From: Dicyema japonicum
Lineage: Eukaryota > Animalia > Dicyemida
Direction: 5' to 3'
Assembly (NCBI GenBank): GCA_011109175.1
Contig: RDEW01000008.1
Location: 129,228 to 193,227, forward strand
DNA: 64,000 nt
Shown here: in pieces, positions 24,134-37,790 of the stretch
Layout of the letters: every line of letters begins with the position of its first letter
Numbering within the stretch: position 1 is the stretch's first letter
The notes under the pieces: generated by a model
What the model saw: only the letters and a program-made list of their open reading frames with translations
The model's database searches: none
Told to the model about the DNA's origin: nothing
Made by a program: the position numbers and the translations under genes

Positions 24134-26995
24134 TCTTCCTCTATCGAATGCGAGTAATCTCAATTCGTCCAGGTCGTCCCCGTCTTTAGATTTTTTTTCA
24201 CACGATTTAGGTCTTTGTTTATGGCAGTCTGAAGTGTCGATCTAGGTCGTCCGCATAAGGGTTTGTCGCAACTGTCAAAGTAATCTTCCATCGCTTTGTT
24301 AGCGGTTGCCTCCGGGTTCATTCTTAGTACATGCCCAAATATCCTCGACCGGACATCTATCACATCCTTGCTGATGTAAAAACACATAAGATACCAGTGG
24401 TTGATATTCTACGTGGCCACTCCATTCCGAGTAAGCTTCTTAGTTGCCTTCTATGGAACAATCCAGTTTCAATAGTTCGTTGAAGGAACTTCCCATGTCC
24501 AGCGTTGTACAGTAGGATCGGTTTCACAAACGCGTTGTAGAGCTTGCATCTGATGTCAATTCCAAGTCCTTTGGCCCTTAGCCATCCTTTCTTCAGTTTA
24601 GCCATTGCCGCATTTGCCAGTGTTTTCCTCCTTAGTACATCTTCAGCGTCTCCTAGTAGAGAGCCGAGCTTATTAGTACGTCTCCATATTTCATAAGTAA
24701 TATTGTCTTCTTTTTTGATTTCCGTAATTTCAGTTTTGTTAACATTTACGCTGAGAAACCATTTCTTAAGCTCCGCAGGTGCATTTTCTAGTAGGTGTTG
24801 GAGTGCGGTCACGTCCCGTGATACAGAAATCCAGATCATCCGCATAAGATGTCTTTCTTCTATGTCTCCTATATAGCATTTACAGAGGTCGCGGAGTGCA
24901 GATTCAAGGTATATGGTGAATAGTAAAAGGGAGAGAGAATCACCCTGGGGTGTCCCAATTGTAGTTTTGAAACTGCGGGAAGTTGCTCCTTCTGTCCTCA
25001 CAGATAGTCTTGTATTCGCAAGTAGTAGTCTGATTATCCTAACCGACGATTTATCCGATATTTGCTCAGCACATTCATCAGTTTCTGTCTGTTTATTGAT
25101 CGAAAGCTCTGGAGAGATCTATTCCCAGCACGGTCGTTGCGCTCTTGAATCTTTGGTGCGTTGCACAGCGCCATCTATGGCTCCATACAATGTCTGCCGT
25201 AGACCTCTTTTTTCGGAACCCACTTTGACTTGCTGGTAGGTATAGCAAGTCAAAGTGGATCCGTTACAACCCTTTATTCCGGCTTAGTGCAATGTTTGCC
25301 AGCACCTTGCTATCGAATTCAGAAGAATATCAGGCGGAGATTTTTTACTGGTTCTTTTGATTTGAATTTTTATGGCCCATATTTTAGGAGCTCAGGGCTT
25401 ATGTCGTCCGGCCCAGCACTCTTGTTGTTCTTCAATTTATTTATTGCTAATTCCACCTCTTCCACTGTGATTGGATTTTTAGCGCCTTTGCTTCTCTTTG
25501 GAAAGGGGGAAAGTCCTTATTTTCTTTATTCAACAGTGTTTCAAAGTGTCGTGCAATCAATTCTGCTTTTTCTTCAGGGTGACCCACTAATTTTCCATAT
25601 TTGTCTTTGATATGATGGGTGTTTTGTCCTTTCTTTGTCTGCAACAGCCGCAAAGCCGCATAATCCTTGAATTGCCTTTTAGGCATTCCACATCTTTTAA
25701 TAGGGATGTAATAATTTCCCGTAAGTGTTTTCTGTTCATTTTTTTGATTTTCCATTTTAGTTCCCTTTGTTGGATATTAAGCTCTTTTTTTTACTCTCGT
25801 CAGACGTGTTTGCTGCTTTTAGCCTTAGCTCTCTGCAATGCTTTGCCAAATCTGGCACGTTCGGGTGATGATCCAATTTTAGGGCGTGATGATTTCGGAC
25901 TCCAAGGCATATATTGGCCGACTTGGAGATTGCCTGTTTTGTTTGATCCCACAGAGTTCGTACTGATGATTCCGGTGCGGTTTTCACATAAGAGTCTCGA
26001 TTTGTTCGTGATATTTAGCTCTACAAGTTGGCTCTAACCACAATTTTTCTGTCTGAAAGTATATATTGGGTCTTTGTCTCGCCTTCTTCGCGTTTTCAAT
26101 GTATTTTTTCCCAGTCAGGTGCTTTTTTACACAAAGTTTTGCGATGACGATCCTGTGGTCGCTGTCAGTTGTTGTTCCCTTGTAGAAACGTACCTCATTT
26201 AACAGGTGTTTATCAGACTTTCGGCAGATAATGTAATCGATTTGATTATATATTTACGGTCTCCCTGACGGAGTTTTTTCTTTGTCCGTGCCACGTCGTC
26301 TTGTGGCAACCTGAGTACGTGAGAGCCGTGTTACACAGGAAAAGGCTATTTGTATAGCAGAAGTTCACCACAAAGGCTCCAGATGCATTTCTCCTTCCGT
26401 GCCCGTGTCTTTCAACAGAGGATTCTTCGAGCCCCATTCGCATTCCGGCCTTTGCATTCATATCTCCCGCAACAAAGACAAGGACAAAGAAAAATTATTA
26501 GAGTATGTGCTTGATTGTTCTGAATAGAATTCCTCGAGCTCACGGGGTTCTTGATTAATCGTCCACAGAGTGGTGCATAGACATTTATGACAGTTAATAG
26601 ACTCTTGGACGGGCATAGTTCATTTAGTTTGACTTGTAGGACACATATTCGGTCGTTGACTCTTTAATAGCAATGTAATCTTTTTGAGGTAATCCACGTG
26701 TAAGGCAAATCCCATGCCGTAGTGCTAGCAATTAGTTGGGAAGAGAATCAGTCGGTAGTTGTTTCATATCTCATCGCGTCCATTTTCGATTTTCGTCTCT
26801 TGTAGGCAGCCAATAGATATTTTTTATTTCTCGAGATCGTCACAAAGTACTTTCCTTGTCCAATCTTTCGATATTCCACGTACGTTGAACGTCATTAGCC
26901 TGAGTTCTCGATTGTATGATGAGTGTTTTTAGACATTTTTCTTAACCGTTGTACAGAGAAGAAACGAGGCACGTCACCACCTCACCAAAAAATCG
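24070..26995 (-). mobile_element. Near full-length RTE-like LINE (APE and RT), decayed, inserted antisense between the two CRE-like halves
   Basis: Motifs MTFNVRG, CLQETK, GDMNAK, NQIDYII, GTPQGDSLS, LYNAFVKPILLYN, FGHVLRM, GRPRSTL..INKDL. The exact junction within about 24070-24100 is ambiguous. Confidence 0.9.
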
Positions 26996-26999
26996 AAGG

Positions 27000-28435
27000 A
27001 CTCCCGGATACTATTTTTCGAGATTTAAAAGTGATAATTCCAGCACTGTTGGAAGCTGGACTGGTATTAAATTACACTAAATGTGAAATCTACAATTGCG
27101 AATTTTCAGAAAAAAAGTATTCAAAAGCTTTGTCATGCTTTGGAAAATTACTGCCTGCAAGTATTTCCACACCCTATAAAAAAATTATATTCCTCGGATC
27201 CCCAATCACCATAAATCCAATGGGAAGAGCTATGCGTGAAAAACGACTGTTATTCGGAAAGACTCTGAATCGCTTGTGTCTACTTGACATGCATACAGCA
27301 TTATTCCTCCTGAAAAACAGTCTCAACGTACAGAGGCTTGCATATGTCCTGAGGACTGCTTCTATTTCACCCAGTGTGACCAACTTGCAAAGATAAACGA
27401 GATCTCCCTTACGGCAGCGGAACGTATCTAAACGTCCGGTTCAAGGATTACTCATGGAAGCAAGCCACGCAGCCAGTGAGACTCGGAGGACTTGGAATTC
27501 GGAACCCTGTGGACCTTTCTCTCCCTTCATACCTATCATCGCTAATGGCCTGTAACTCACATGTCAAGAAGATTCTACACTCTCTACCTGAATTCTCTAT
27601 TGACAAGTACGCCGGCCATGTTCGTGAAGCCTGGAGCCGCACTTATCAGCTTTCCCTGTCTTTATCGTTCTCTCAGCGGGACCATACTATATGCTGGAAT
27701 TCTTTCAAAGATTTGCTAGTGTCATCTAGCCAACATCGCCGTGCCTGTTTGTTGTAGGGAGCGTATTCCAAGAGCGGTGCCTGGGTCAACGCCATTTCCA
27801 ATGGAGTTCTGGGTACCTTCCTGGATTATGAATGCGTCCGTATTAGGATCTCATTGCGACTGAGATTATAAGTCGTGTTCCACATCCGTGTCGATGCGGA
27901 GACCAGATCGACTGTTTTGTCCTACACCCTCTCTCCTGCAGGAAGAGTGCAGGCAGATATCCAGACACATGACCTTGAACAAAGTCGTTAGGCGAGCTTT
28001 GGACGCCGCCGGACACCCCTCCATGTTCGAACCAGTCGGTCTTTGCAGGCGGGACGGGGAACAACCAGATGGGATGACACTCTTCCCTTTTGAAGCCGGG
28101 AAGCCTCTTGTCTGGGACGTTAACTGCACCGACATCTTTGCCTCTTGCAACCTACTCCAGAGTGCCTCTTGAGCATGTTCTGCCGCTGAGAAGGCCGAGA
28201 AGATAAAACGGGAAAAGTACGCGGTCCTACCCAAGGATTTGTTGTTTGTTCCACTCTCCGTTGAGACGTCTGATTCCCTTGCGCCTGCTACGCTGGAATT
28301 TTGAATCGTTTAGGGAATCGGATCGCTACACGAACAGGAGACCCTCATAAGCGCTGCTGAATATTTGAGCGAATCCTGAAAGGAAATAGCCACGCAGCCA
28401 GGGCAGCCGCTATATAACCGTTTACTCTTTTTTTT
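27000..28435 (+). mobile_element. CRE-like element 3' half: RT C-terminus plus restriction-like endonuclease
   Basis: Motifs GLVLNYTKCEI, FLGSPI, FLLKNSL, PVRLGGLGIR, RHMTLNKVVRRAL, PDGMTLFPF..GKPLVWDVNCTD, KREKY, VETS. It ends in a T-rich tail at about 28425. Confidence 0.88.
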
Positions 28436-28829
28436 TTCCCTTAATAAAAGTTGACTTTATTTGATAATTTATTATTTTATATATAAAAATAAAATAATTC
28501 AAAACAGGTTTTATATGACTTTATATGTTACTACTCCTTTTTTTGGTGTTCCCTTTTCGGAGTTATTGAATAGATAAATAACGAGGGTGAAATCCAAACT
28601 AGTGCAGATTTTATCCGTCGAAATATCCACACAATAAGAATGCTTACACTCCTATTTTGCCAACGTAGGCACTCGATCTCCCTGGAAGAAACATTAATGG
28701 GAAGACGTGGCAAGGAAAGAAAAAACCTAACAGGAAGCTTACTCGATAAATTCTGCTAGGCGACTAATTCTGTATCACCTATAAACTAATTCTCTTCTCC
28801 AGTGAATCGAATCATTACGGACAAAGTTT

Positions 28830-29260
28830 CGCAGTCCATGACCAACTTGTTTCTCGAATCAATGACATGATCAGTATCCTGCAAATCAGATGAATGAAAT
28901 GTGCCCTTCCGAAAGCTACATGACAATGATTAACGTGTATGCTCCACATGGTGGTATTTTTTTAAAAACCCTGGTGAATTGCATAAATTCTACTGTCACT
29001 GTCAATTAGAATAAATGTTTACTCAGAATATGAAATTTTATCGCTGATATTTATGGCCGAAGACTTTAATGCAAAAGTTGTAATACGACGCAGTGGAGAG
29101 GAATCGTGGACGGGGGTGGAGAAACACTCCGGAAACACTACTGGCCAATTTCTGTCAACTGAATGATTTTTAGGAAATACTGCTTTTATGCATCCAGCTC
29201 GCCACAACAATTTGTGATTTTGATTCATAACTACCAACTCCCTACAGCTGTTTTCCAGCT
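28830..29260 (+). mobile_element. RTE-like APE endonuclease fragment
   Basis: INVYAPH, xEDFNAKV and HPARH motifs, with stops. Confidence 0.65.
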
Positions 29261-29394
29261 CTGTGACAAAACCGATACCTTCCTTGTTAGAAAAACAGTG
29301 ATATTATTTAGGAAAAATGAGTGACTCGGATGTGAAGTCAGGGGATAAGGATTAGTTGATATTCAATTTTTATATTGGGGAGAGTGAATCGTAC

Positions 29395-29880
29395 TATCGA
29401 GGGTCGCACTGAACAGGATGAAGACGGATTGGTTGGCTAACAGACCGGTAACGATAGCGCTTCGTTTGCGCCTCTACAATGCTTTCGTGAAGCCAGTCCT
29501 GCTATTTAACTCTTCCTGCTGGGGACCTTGGTCTCAGAAACCAAAATTTTAACTCCTTCCACCGAAGGCAATTACGAATACTGTGCGGGTACGATGGCCG
29601 ACACGGATCAACAATGAGGCACTGTACCGAAAGTGCTCAAGGCGACCTGTTACTTGAAATGTGGTGGAGGCCCGATGGAGACTGTTTGGACACGTCCCTT
29701 GGATGGACCCCACATCACTGCGAATTTGGCAATGGTTGAATATTTCGCTGCAAGTGGAGGGAAATATCGGGGACACTCGCGTACTACGCTACCGGGGGTG
29801 CTGGATGAGGATCTCAAAGCAATCAACCAGAGGCTCGTAAGTGGGGATGATCGACGAGATTGATCCTAAAAATCGCTTTA
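29395..29880 (+). mobile_element. RTE-like LINE 3' fragment
   Basis: LYNAFVKPVLLFNSSCWG; FGH..RMDP..; RTTLPGVLDEDLKAIN. Confidence 0.75.
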
Positions 29881-32790
29881 AGTGCCGCATGTGTGGAAAT
29901 ACAACAATTATGTTTATGCGATAGTTGCCTATAATAATTTACTATTATGCCTGAATGTCAGGATCATTAAGCCTTGCCTACAATCCAGGACAATTGATGG
30001 CAGCTGGCCTTTTACATGTTAATAAGGTCGGGGTAACTTACCTAAGGACTGTCTTTATTCTATTAAAAAGGTTATTATATTTATAAATACAAATAAACCA
30101 GAAACATAAGAGATCCAAATCACCTTTGATATTTTCACATGGGGATTGGTGAACTTTGATGCTTCAAGGAACAGGAACATTCTCAGGAAATAGACAGGAA
30201 CATTCTCGTATAAAAGCACAGTTTTTGATAATCCAACATTTGCATGTGTTGGCAAGAAAAATAAAACAAGAAGGTTACCGATATGTGATACACCATGCTT
30301 CATACGAAATTGATTCTGTCGCATACACCTTAAAAAGAGGGATTTTTTCACAACAGAGAATCCAAAATCTTCCCATGCAGGTTCGCAAGTTCCAAGGAAT
30401 GTATGTTGAACAAAGTAAAGACACGTGTGAGCTTGATCGAATGCTTGTATATGTGGATAAAAATAACAATTATGTAACTAAACCCGTGACAGTACTTCTT
30501 TTATATCACCAAACTTTGGACAATCCTGCTGCATTCATTTTTGTGACTGATTTTATATCAACAGATGGCTGATGTTTCATGATAAAAAGAAGGAATGTAA
30601 GCGATATTGTGTAAAAGGCCCGAAAGGTATGAAGAACCATTGGTATATAAACTCGCAGATCGATCAGGTAAAGAAAATGATTGCTAACACACTCTGTGTA
30701 ACAGTCAAATCTGAGATTATTAATTCTATGGTGATCAGGGAGTCTTGCTATTTCAGGTATTTATATGTCGAATGCTCCAAGGTTTTTACTCCAAGAAGGC
30801 ACAACACACGTGATTTGACTTGGCTATGTCGACACCAACAGGATTGTAGTGCTAAAGAAGGTTAATGCTCTAGTGACATGAATCTTTTCAGCGGTATGTA
30901 TATCAACAAGAATAAACCCTAGTTTTCTAAATGCTTATTTTTTATTTAAGCATCCCGGATAATAAACAAATCTTAAATTAATAAGTAGTTCTTTTGATTC
31001 CAGCATTTGCTGGGACAAGGAATGTTCTCAACCATTATTTCTTTCATCTAGTGAGTTCCTGTAGAAAATCCAGTTCCTGAGTATTTACTTATGATGACGT
31101 CACTCATAAAATAAAGAAGCATAAAATTCAGTCGAAATTAACAGAGCAAGATTCGATCCATGAAGAATTTGGATTTTGTCCGGTATTTGTGACCAACCTT
31201 GTTCCGTGTTATGAAGCTTAATAAAGGAATAATCGATTTTTTATCATAAAACCAGCTCTTTTTTTGTCATAAAAATCCACTATCAAATAAATTGGAAAGT
31301 ATAGCTTGGAGACCCTTGGAGAAAGTCAAAGAGAAATTAAGAGTATCGAGTTTCAACAATCACAAAGACAAGTCTTATCAATCATTCATGTCCTTTTAAT
31401 TATGTGTGTCCAGTTACCGTGGTCACATTAGAGAAAATACCTCCAAGCACAAGTCTAATCTGAATCACAGTTGGGGGAATCCATAATCCAGTAAATGGAT
31501 CCGAAATATTCGAGAGTGAATCATTGACTCAGTTCTGATCCGCGGAATCTGAGCTTCTGGTTTTTTTAATTAAAGGTCAATAGGCCAATCAATAATTACA
31601 AAGTATGCGATGTTAACAAGACCCAGCTTTTGGATTTTTAAAGCTTAATTTCCTTAAGGTAAGTTTTCTTTGTGAAATATCAAAGCATACTATCTCATTG
31701 GGGTGTTTGGATGAATGTGTACATTATGTGACGGTCAATTGATGTGCCTATGTTGTCTCGATCGATAAGAATAAATATGCAATTTTCCCGATTTGTCGTC
31801 ACGACTTCATTATAAAGTTCGTAACTACAAGAATGGAATTTCCGCTAACATAAGAATAACAGCAGGCTATATGCTGATTGATGGTCGAGTGAATGGAGAC
31901 TAAACTCAACTCCAGTACAGAGACGAGAAGGTCCAGAGAGGATTTATGTTAGGATTCTTGTCTCTATCAAGGCTGCTTCCGAGTAGTCTATTGGTTAGGG
32001 GTGGTAGTCCGTTGACGCGAATATTTATATTCAAAGAATGAAAGCGGTGCTTGGGTCAGAACTTTTATGCGCTTCCCTTGGATCGCTATTGGATGAGACA
32101 CCGCGAGAATAGGGTGTCTGCATCCCCTCTGAGTGAATGTTGCGTGGTCCACCAATGGTCGACGCTAAAGGTCTTTACCTCCTCTCCTGTTGGAGGAGAG
32201 CTGGAAGAAGTCCAAGTCACAGAACCAATTGGTATAAACAACAAAGACCACTCTTCCCACGAGAAAGCGGTAGATACTTGCCTGGGACGCCATCTGCTTA
32301 GATGGAGGATACACATTTTTAAGATTTCAACATTAGCAAACAAGGGGTTCTTAAAACTTCCGTTTTTGATCATTTGTTTTATCTTTGTAACGAAGTGTCA
32401 GGGAGTGAAAGGAACTCTGACCATTGGAGTGAAAGTTTCCTTGCATCACAAATAACCTTGTTGAACAATTTGACTATTCGGTCAATTGAGGACAGATGGT
32501 GGACTTTTAAGTACCTAGTATGAGTATCTGAAACTTCTCTAGTTTAAGATTATTATTGTTGGAGATGTCTTCGTGAACTTGTCTTTAAGAAGACTGGGTT
32601 GTAATCGTTCAGCGTGTCACATTCGAAGACTATCTTGTTAGTGCAATCAAAGATGGGACGCTATATGAAGTTGTGTCATTATTTCTAGTTAGTTATTTCT
32701 AGTGAAGGGTCGAGTAGTTTAAATCTAAAATTTTTCAAGGTCCTCCATTATCATTTCCCCTCATGGACATTAGAAATCCAAAAATTATTA

Positions 32791-33150
32791 TTAAACACGG
32801 ATATATCGAAAAATAAGTTAACAAAAATTAAGATTATCCAGTTTCCAGTCACATAAACAGAGTCCAATTCCATCCATAAGCTCTGTTAATAAATCGTTAT
32901 TATTTATTATTATCATACAATTCCATCCACAACCTACATGAAAAATGGAAGACATCCATTAAATGCAGTTGTGGAAACCCCTCCATTGGAGTGGGAGAGA
33001 CAGTGTGATCCCTTTCATGCCACCCTGGCATTGGGCGCCACCCGAGACAGGGAGATCACATGACGCCACTCTATTAAAATGGAAACATAAGAAACACAAA
33101 AAATCTTCAATCAAGTAGCCATAACACCACATTAATGTTAGTGGCACGCG
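32791..33150 (+). repeat. Composite element: antisense LINE 3' terminus followed by RTE-type 5' leader (copy Y)
   Basis: Aligns with the reverse complement of 58380-58691 and with 49107-49215. Anchors are TATCCAGTTTCCA, TGCAGTTGTGGAAACC and GATCACATGACGCCACTCTA. Confidence 0.75.
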
Positions 33151-35049
33151 TCAATCAACTATCACAAATGATTAAGTCCTTGATATAATAAATAGTTTTA
33201 TAATTTAAATAATAATTAAATAAATATAAATTAATTATCACCTCAATATGAGTCATATGAGTGATGATTGATATTTATTTAATGCCAAAGAAGAAACTGC
33301 AAAACTTAATTTCAATCAAATTCAGAGACAAAGTTCACCACGGTTCCTGATTTTATGATGGTAGATAGAACTGATCCTGTGGTCACTATGAGATTTTTCA
33401 AATCTGTTCAATCATCTTCTATTCCACATGGGGCTAGATCTACTATTCGATCTAAGGTTTCTACGAAAAAACCGAATAAACCAAGAAAACTTGGCCGACG
33501 GAAAGGCCAGAGGATTCAGCAATCACTTCTCTCAATGTTTGGGGACAAGATGTCATCACAATCGTGTCCATCCACCACAACTGAAGGGAATAACTGTCCA
33601 GAATATTTGGATGAAGACTTAGTCGATTCAAATCTGGATTTCTTTACTGTTAAATCCCTACTAATGAACTTAACAAAGTCATTGAATTCATCTCAAAACC
33701 GTGGAAATATTTTCAACTACTTCTCCTCTTTGGTAAATCCTGATAGTGGGGATTTGGTGAAAGTACATATTTTAGTGGGAATGCTCATAAGGTTTTGATT
33801 TGTGTAAATTATAGACACTCCCGCTTGACTGATAGTGCTGACAGGTTGATTGATGATTTGCAAATATTATGATCCACAATTATGGTCATCCCATGAGGAC
33901 GACATAATTTTTATTATAATAATATTTATTGTAAATCGAGGATCACCTACATTATGACTACGATGGGGTTATGTGGTCCAGAGTAGCATGATAGGAATGT
34001 GTTGGGTTTACCGAGTCTTTACATCGTTCGAACTCCTTAAAATAGCCATTGAAAGAAAAGATCTATAATAAGAAAACGGAGACTACTGTCTGATGATAAG
34101 GCAGTCGATAACCACCAAGAGAGGAAGGGAATGTATTTATAATAGACCGGTCTACTAAATCAGATGCCCTATGACTGATTCCTCGTCTCTGGGTCTACCA
34201 ACATGAATGTAGTAGAGACTTGGGGCTGTGACGGTTTTACATGTGACATTTGAAACCAAAGTTCTGAGGATGTAAGTGAATCCTGGTTCGGCCAAAATTA
34301 AAAGAACTTGGAGGAGCACCTACCAGGAACACGCATAGTGATTCTATGTAAGTCGTAATAATGTGGAATGAGTAATGGACCAAATCAATAATAACCAATG
34401 GAGTACACAGCATCAGTTTTTCTCTGTTTATACAAAAGTTACAGAAAATCATTTTAGAAAGTCTCAGATCGATCAATGAATAACGAAAAGAACACATCGT
34501 CAGCTACATTTCAAAGATAAATTATATCCTCTCGAATCCACCATTTTTGGACTTTAAAAATGTGGTTGAGTTATTTTTTATGTAATGTTGAATGTCGCGT
34601 GCACTGTTACACTAGAATGAACATTACTTGAGCTTTTTTTCTTTTCTTTTTTTAAATTTATTAAGCCAATGTATTTTAAATAGTAAAAGGGAAATTAAAC
34701 AATTAATTAATTCCTTTAATTAACTGTTGGTGATTTTGGGTTATATAAAAAAGAGCACTCACTTTAGGAAGCGTGAATGGCTATGATGTTTTATCTGACA
34801 ATAGATATCGAGATACGCTCTCGAAGCTATCCTGTCACATATAAATCATTTGTGACCCTTTAAATCATTGAGGCGACTTGATCGTCCACTTGTTGGTCAA
34901 AGATTCCTGACTTCTCAATGGCACAAACAAATGATTTCCCGAAATGCTTAGGTACTTCCTTCTCTTCTGATTCTCGGTTTGCTTAGAAGCATTACCTGAC
35001 CACAAAATTCTAAGGAACCAAAAATGGCCAAGTTGAGAGGATTTATTCT

Positions 35050-37790
35050 TCTTATTTTATGCACGAGTCAAATGAATTTGTTCCAGTAGCTTTTAAAAAA
35101 ATTTAACATTGGCAAACTCCACTGTCGTTACAGACAGGATTGCGGTACTGCAAATCCGGTGGGGAAGCAAACCAAACTCTACAGTGACAATCATCAACAT
35201 ATACGCCCCGACTGGAATCAGGGCATCTGCCAATCCAGAAGAACTAGACGAATTTTACTCCGCCCTCATAAGGGTTTACAACACCCTCAGTTCTTCATAC
35301 TTTTGCTTAATTGCCGGGGACTGGAATGCCAAAGCAGGAAAAGCCAGATCTGGAGAAACTTGTATCGGATCTCATGGAAGAAATCGGCGAAACACGCCCG
35401 GAATGGCATTAATCCACTTTTGCACTTCCTTGGATCTGTTTTTGTGCAATACGGCATTCCGTCACCCAGCGAGACACAAGAAGACGTGGACTGGAACTAG
35501 GAAGGATTTGCAAGGAAATTACATAAAAATATATAATCAAATTGACTACATACTATGCAGACAAGGTCACAAACATCTCCTCGTAGACTCCAGGTCATAT
35601 GGAAAATAGAGACAAATTGTGGTTACGATACAAAGTCTATAACCAAATGAAAACACCTTCCAATAAAAAGCAGGCGCAATATGATATCCAATTATTACAT
35701 GACAAGTCAACTTAACAAAAATATGCGTATCAACTAAATCTTGAACTTAATGATGTCGACGAAACTAAACCTGTTCATATTATTTGGGACAAAGTCACAA
35801 AGTCGATAAAAGGTACAGCATGTGATGTGTTGGGAAGTATTACAAAACCCCGTAAATTTTACAATCATGATATTTGCGTCCTATCAGTAAACCAGAAAGC
35901 CTTGAATTGAAGATAGAAAACTCAAGGTCTCCAGAAAAGGCCAAGGAACTTCGGCAACAACGAAACCGAACATTACTAAAAATCAAGCAAACTCAGAAAT
36001 CCCTAACAACTAAAGAAATAGAAAAACAAATTGAAGAAATTGAAAAATATAAAGATGGAGTGAAAATGTTCAAAGCTATTCAATTAATTAATAAGAAAAA
36101 GAGTGCAAGCCCCATAATAATCAATGACATCCTTGGCAGAATAATTATCGATGAAAACGACAAAGCAGCTACTATATCCGCTTATTACTATCATATGCTC
36201 AACTGGGACAACGAAAGAGGCTATAAATTTGGTACACAAGTCAAGCATGGTTTGGACATCCCAATAAACACACAAAACACTGGATGCAATTAAAAAATTG
36301 AAAAATGACAGATCGGCAGGACCAGAGAATATCCCAGCCGAACTTATAAAGTATGCCCCAGTGAAGTTGGTAACAATCATTACCAATATACTCAACAAAA
36401 TATTTGAAGAAAACACTAGTTAGACATTGGCAAGGGTTGGTTAATTCCACTGCAAAAACTGGGAAAACCCAAAGGGCCCCTTTCCAACCTAAGACCAATC
36501 ATCCTACTAACTACGCTGCGAAAAATCTTGTCAATCATTACATTGGAAAGAATCAAAGACAAGGTGGAGTATTTTCTGTCACCAGGACAAAGTGGTTTCC
36601 GGTCAGGCAGATCCACTGCCGATGTCATTTGGACACACAGATGGTCAAGTGCTCTATGCCAAAAATATAAAAAGTGCATAGATGTTCTCGGAATAGACAT
36701 GTCCAGAGCGTTTGACTCAGTTCATAGAGGCAAACTTCTTGAAGTACTCACAAGCTTCCTAACAACGGATGATGTCAAAATTATACAAAAACTACTGCAG
36801 AATACGCAACTAGCAACCAAACTCGGAAAAACTACTTCAGAATTCTTTTATACTTCACGTGGAATTCCGCAAGGAGACTCTTTGTCACCAGTTCTATTCA
36901 TAATCTACCTGGAGGCTGCACTGAGAGATTTCAGGCCTTTAATTGAGAACAACAAAATAATCGAGTTAATATATGCAGACGATCTTGACTTTGTTTCTGA
37001 GGATGTTGAAATTCTTCATCACGTTCTCAAAAACTTACCAAATGCTTTTTCTAAATGGTTCTTAGTTATCAATCAGGACAAAACTGAATATACAAAACTT
37101 GTACGAGTTGTACGCACTTACGATGAATCATGGAGAAAACATAAAAAAGTTGGTTCACTACTTGGAGACTCAGAAGATGTTCCCCACAGAAAAATCCTTT
37201 CCACTGCTGCATATAAAAAATTCTTAACTATCTGGCGTTCTAAGAAGAGCATAACTACGAATACAAAGCTAAAATTGTATAAAACATTCGTGGTTCCAGT
37301 CCTGATATACAACTGTGGGACATGGGGACTACGAAACGGGAAATAGACAATCTGGATCAATTTCATAGAAATCAACTAAGAAACATCTTGAGAATACATT
37401 TCCCGAAAAAGATATCAAATTCAGAACTGTAAAAAAGATGTGGCTTAAGGCCATTATCAGAGGAGATTCTCAAGGCTAGGTGGAGACTTTTTGGTCACAT
37501 CTTACGAATGGATATGTTGACTCCACCAAACATTGCAATGGAGAACTATTTCGCACAACTGAAGGATCCTTCCGTGCCAGGCCTAGAGTGACGTTGCCTT
37601 CAGTACTAAATGATGACCTAATCCGAATAAACAAATCTCTACGAAATGGTGAAGATTTTGACTCACTACGAGCAATGGCCAGGAACAGGGGAACATGGAA
37701 GAGGATGTGTGGAAGGATACGGACGTGGAACTTAATTAATCTAATTAATTTTTGATTTCCCGGGAGTGCTTAAAAAACTCCACTGTAGTG
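35050..37790 (+). mobile_element. RTE-like LINE (APE and RT), frameshifted
   Basis: Motifs INIYAPT, AGDWNAK, NQIDYIL, QSGFRSGRST, IDMSRAFDSV, GIPQGDSLSP, YADD, LYKTFVVPVLIYNCGTWG, FGHILR, RPRVTLPSVLNDDL. Confidence 0.93.

Noticed and set aside
18400-28435. Site-specific target (spliced-leader, rDNA or telomeric repeat) for the CRE-like elements
   Set aside because: No such target repeat is visible at either flank of either CRE-like copy in this window.
33355-33798. BEL/Pao-type aspartic protease (NPDSGDLVKVHILVG)
   Set aside because: The catalytic D(S/T)G is absent and no LTRs or other pol motifs support it.
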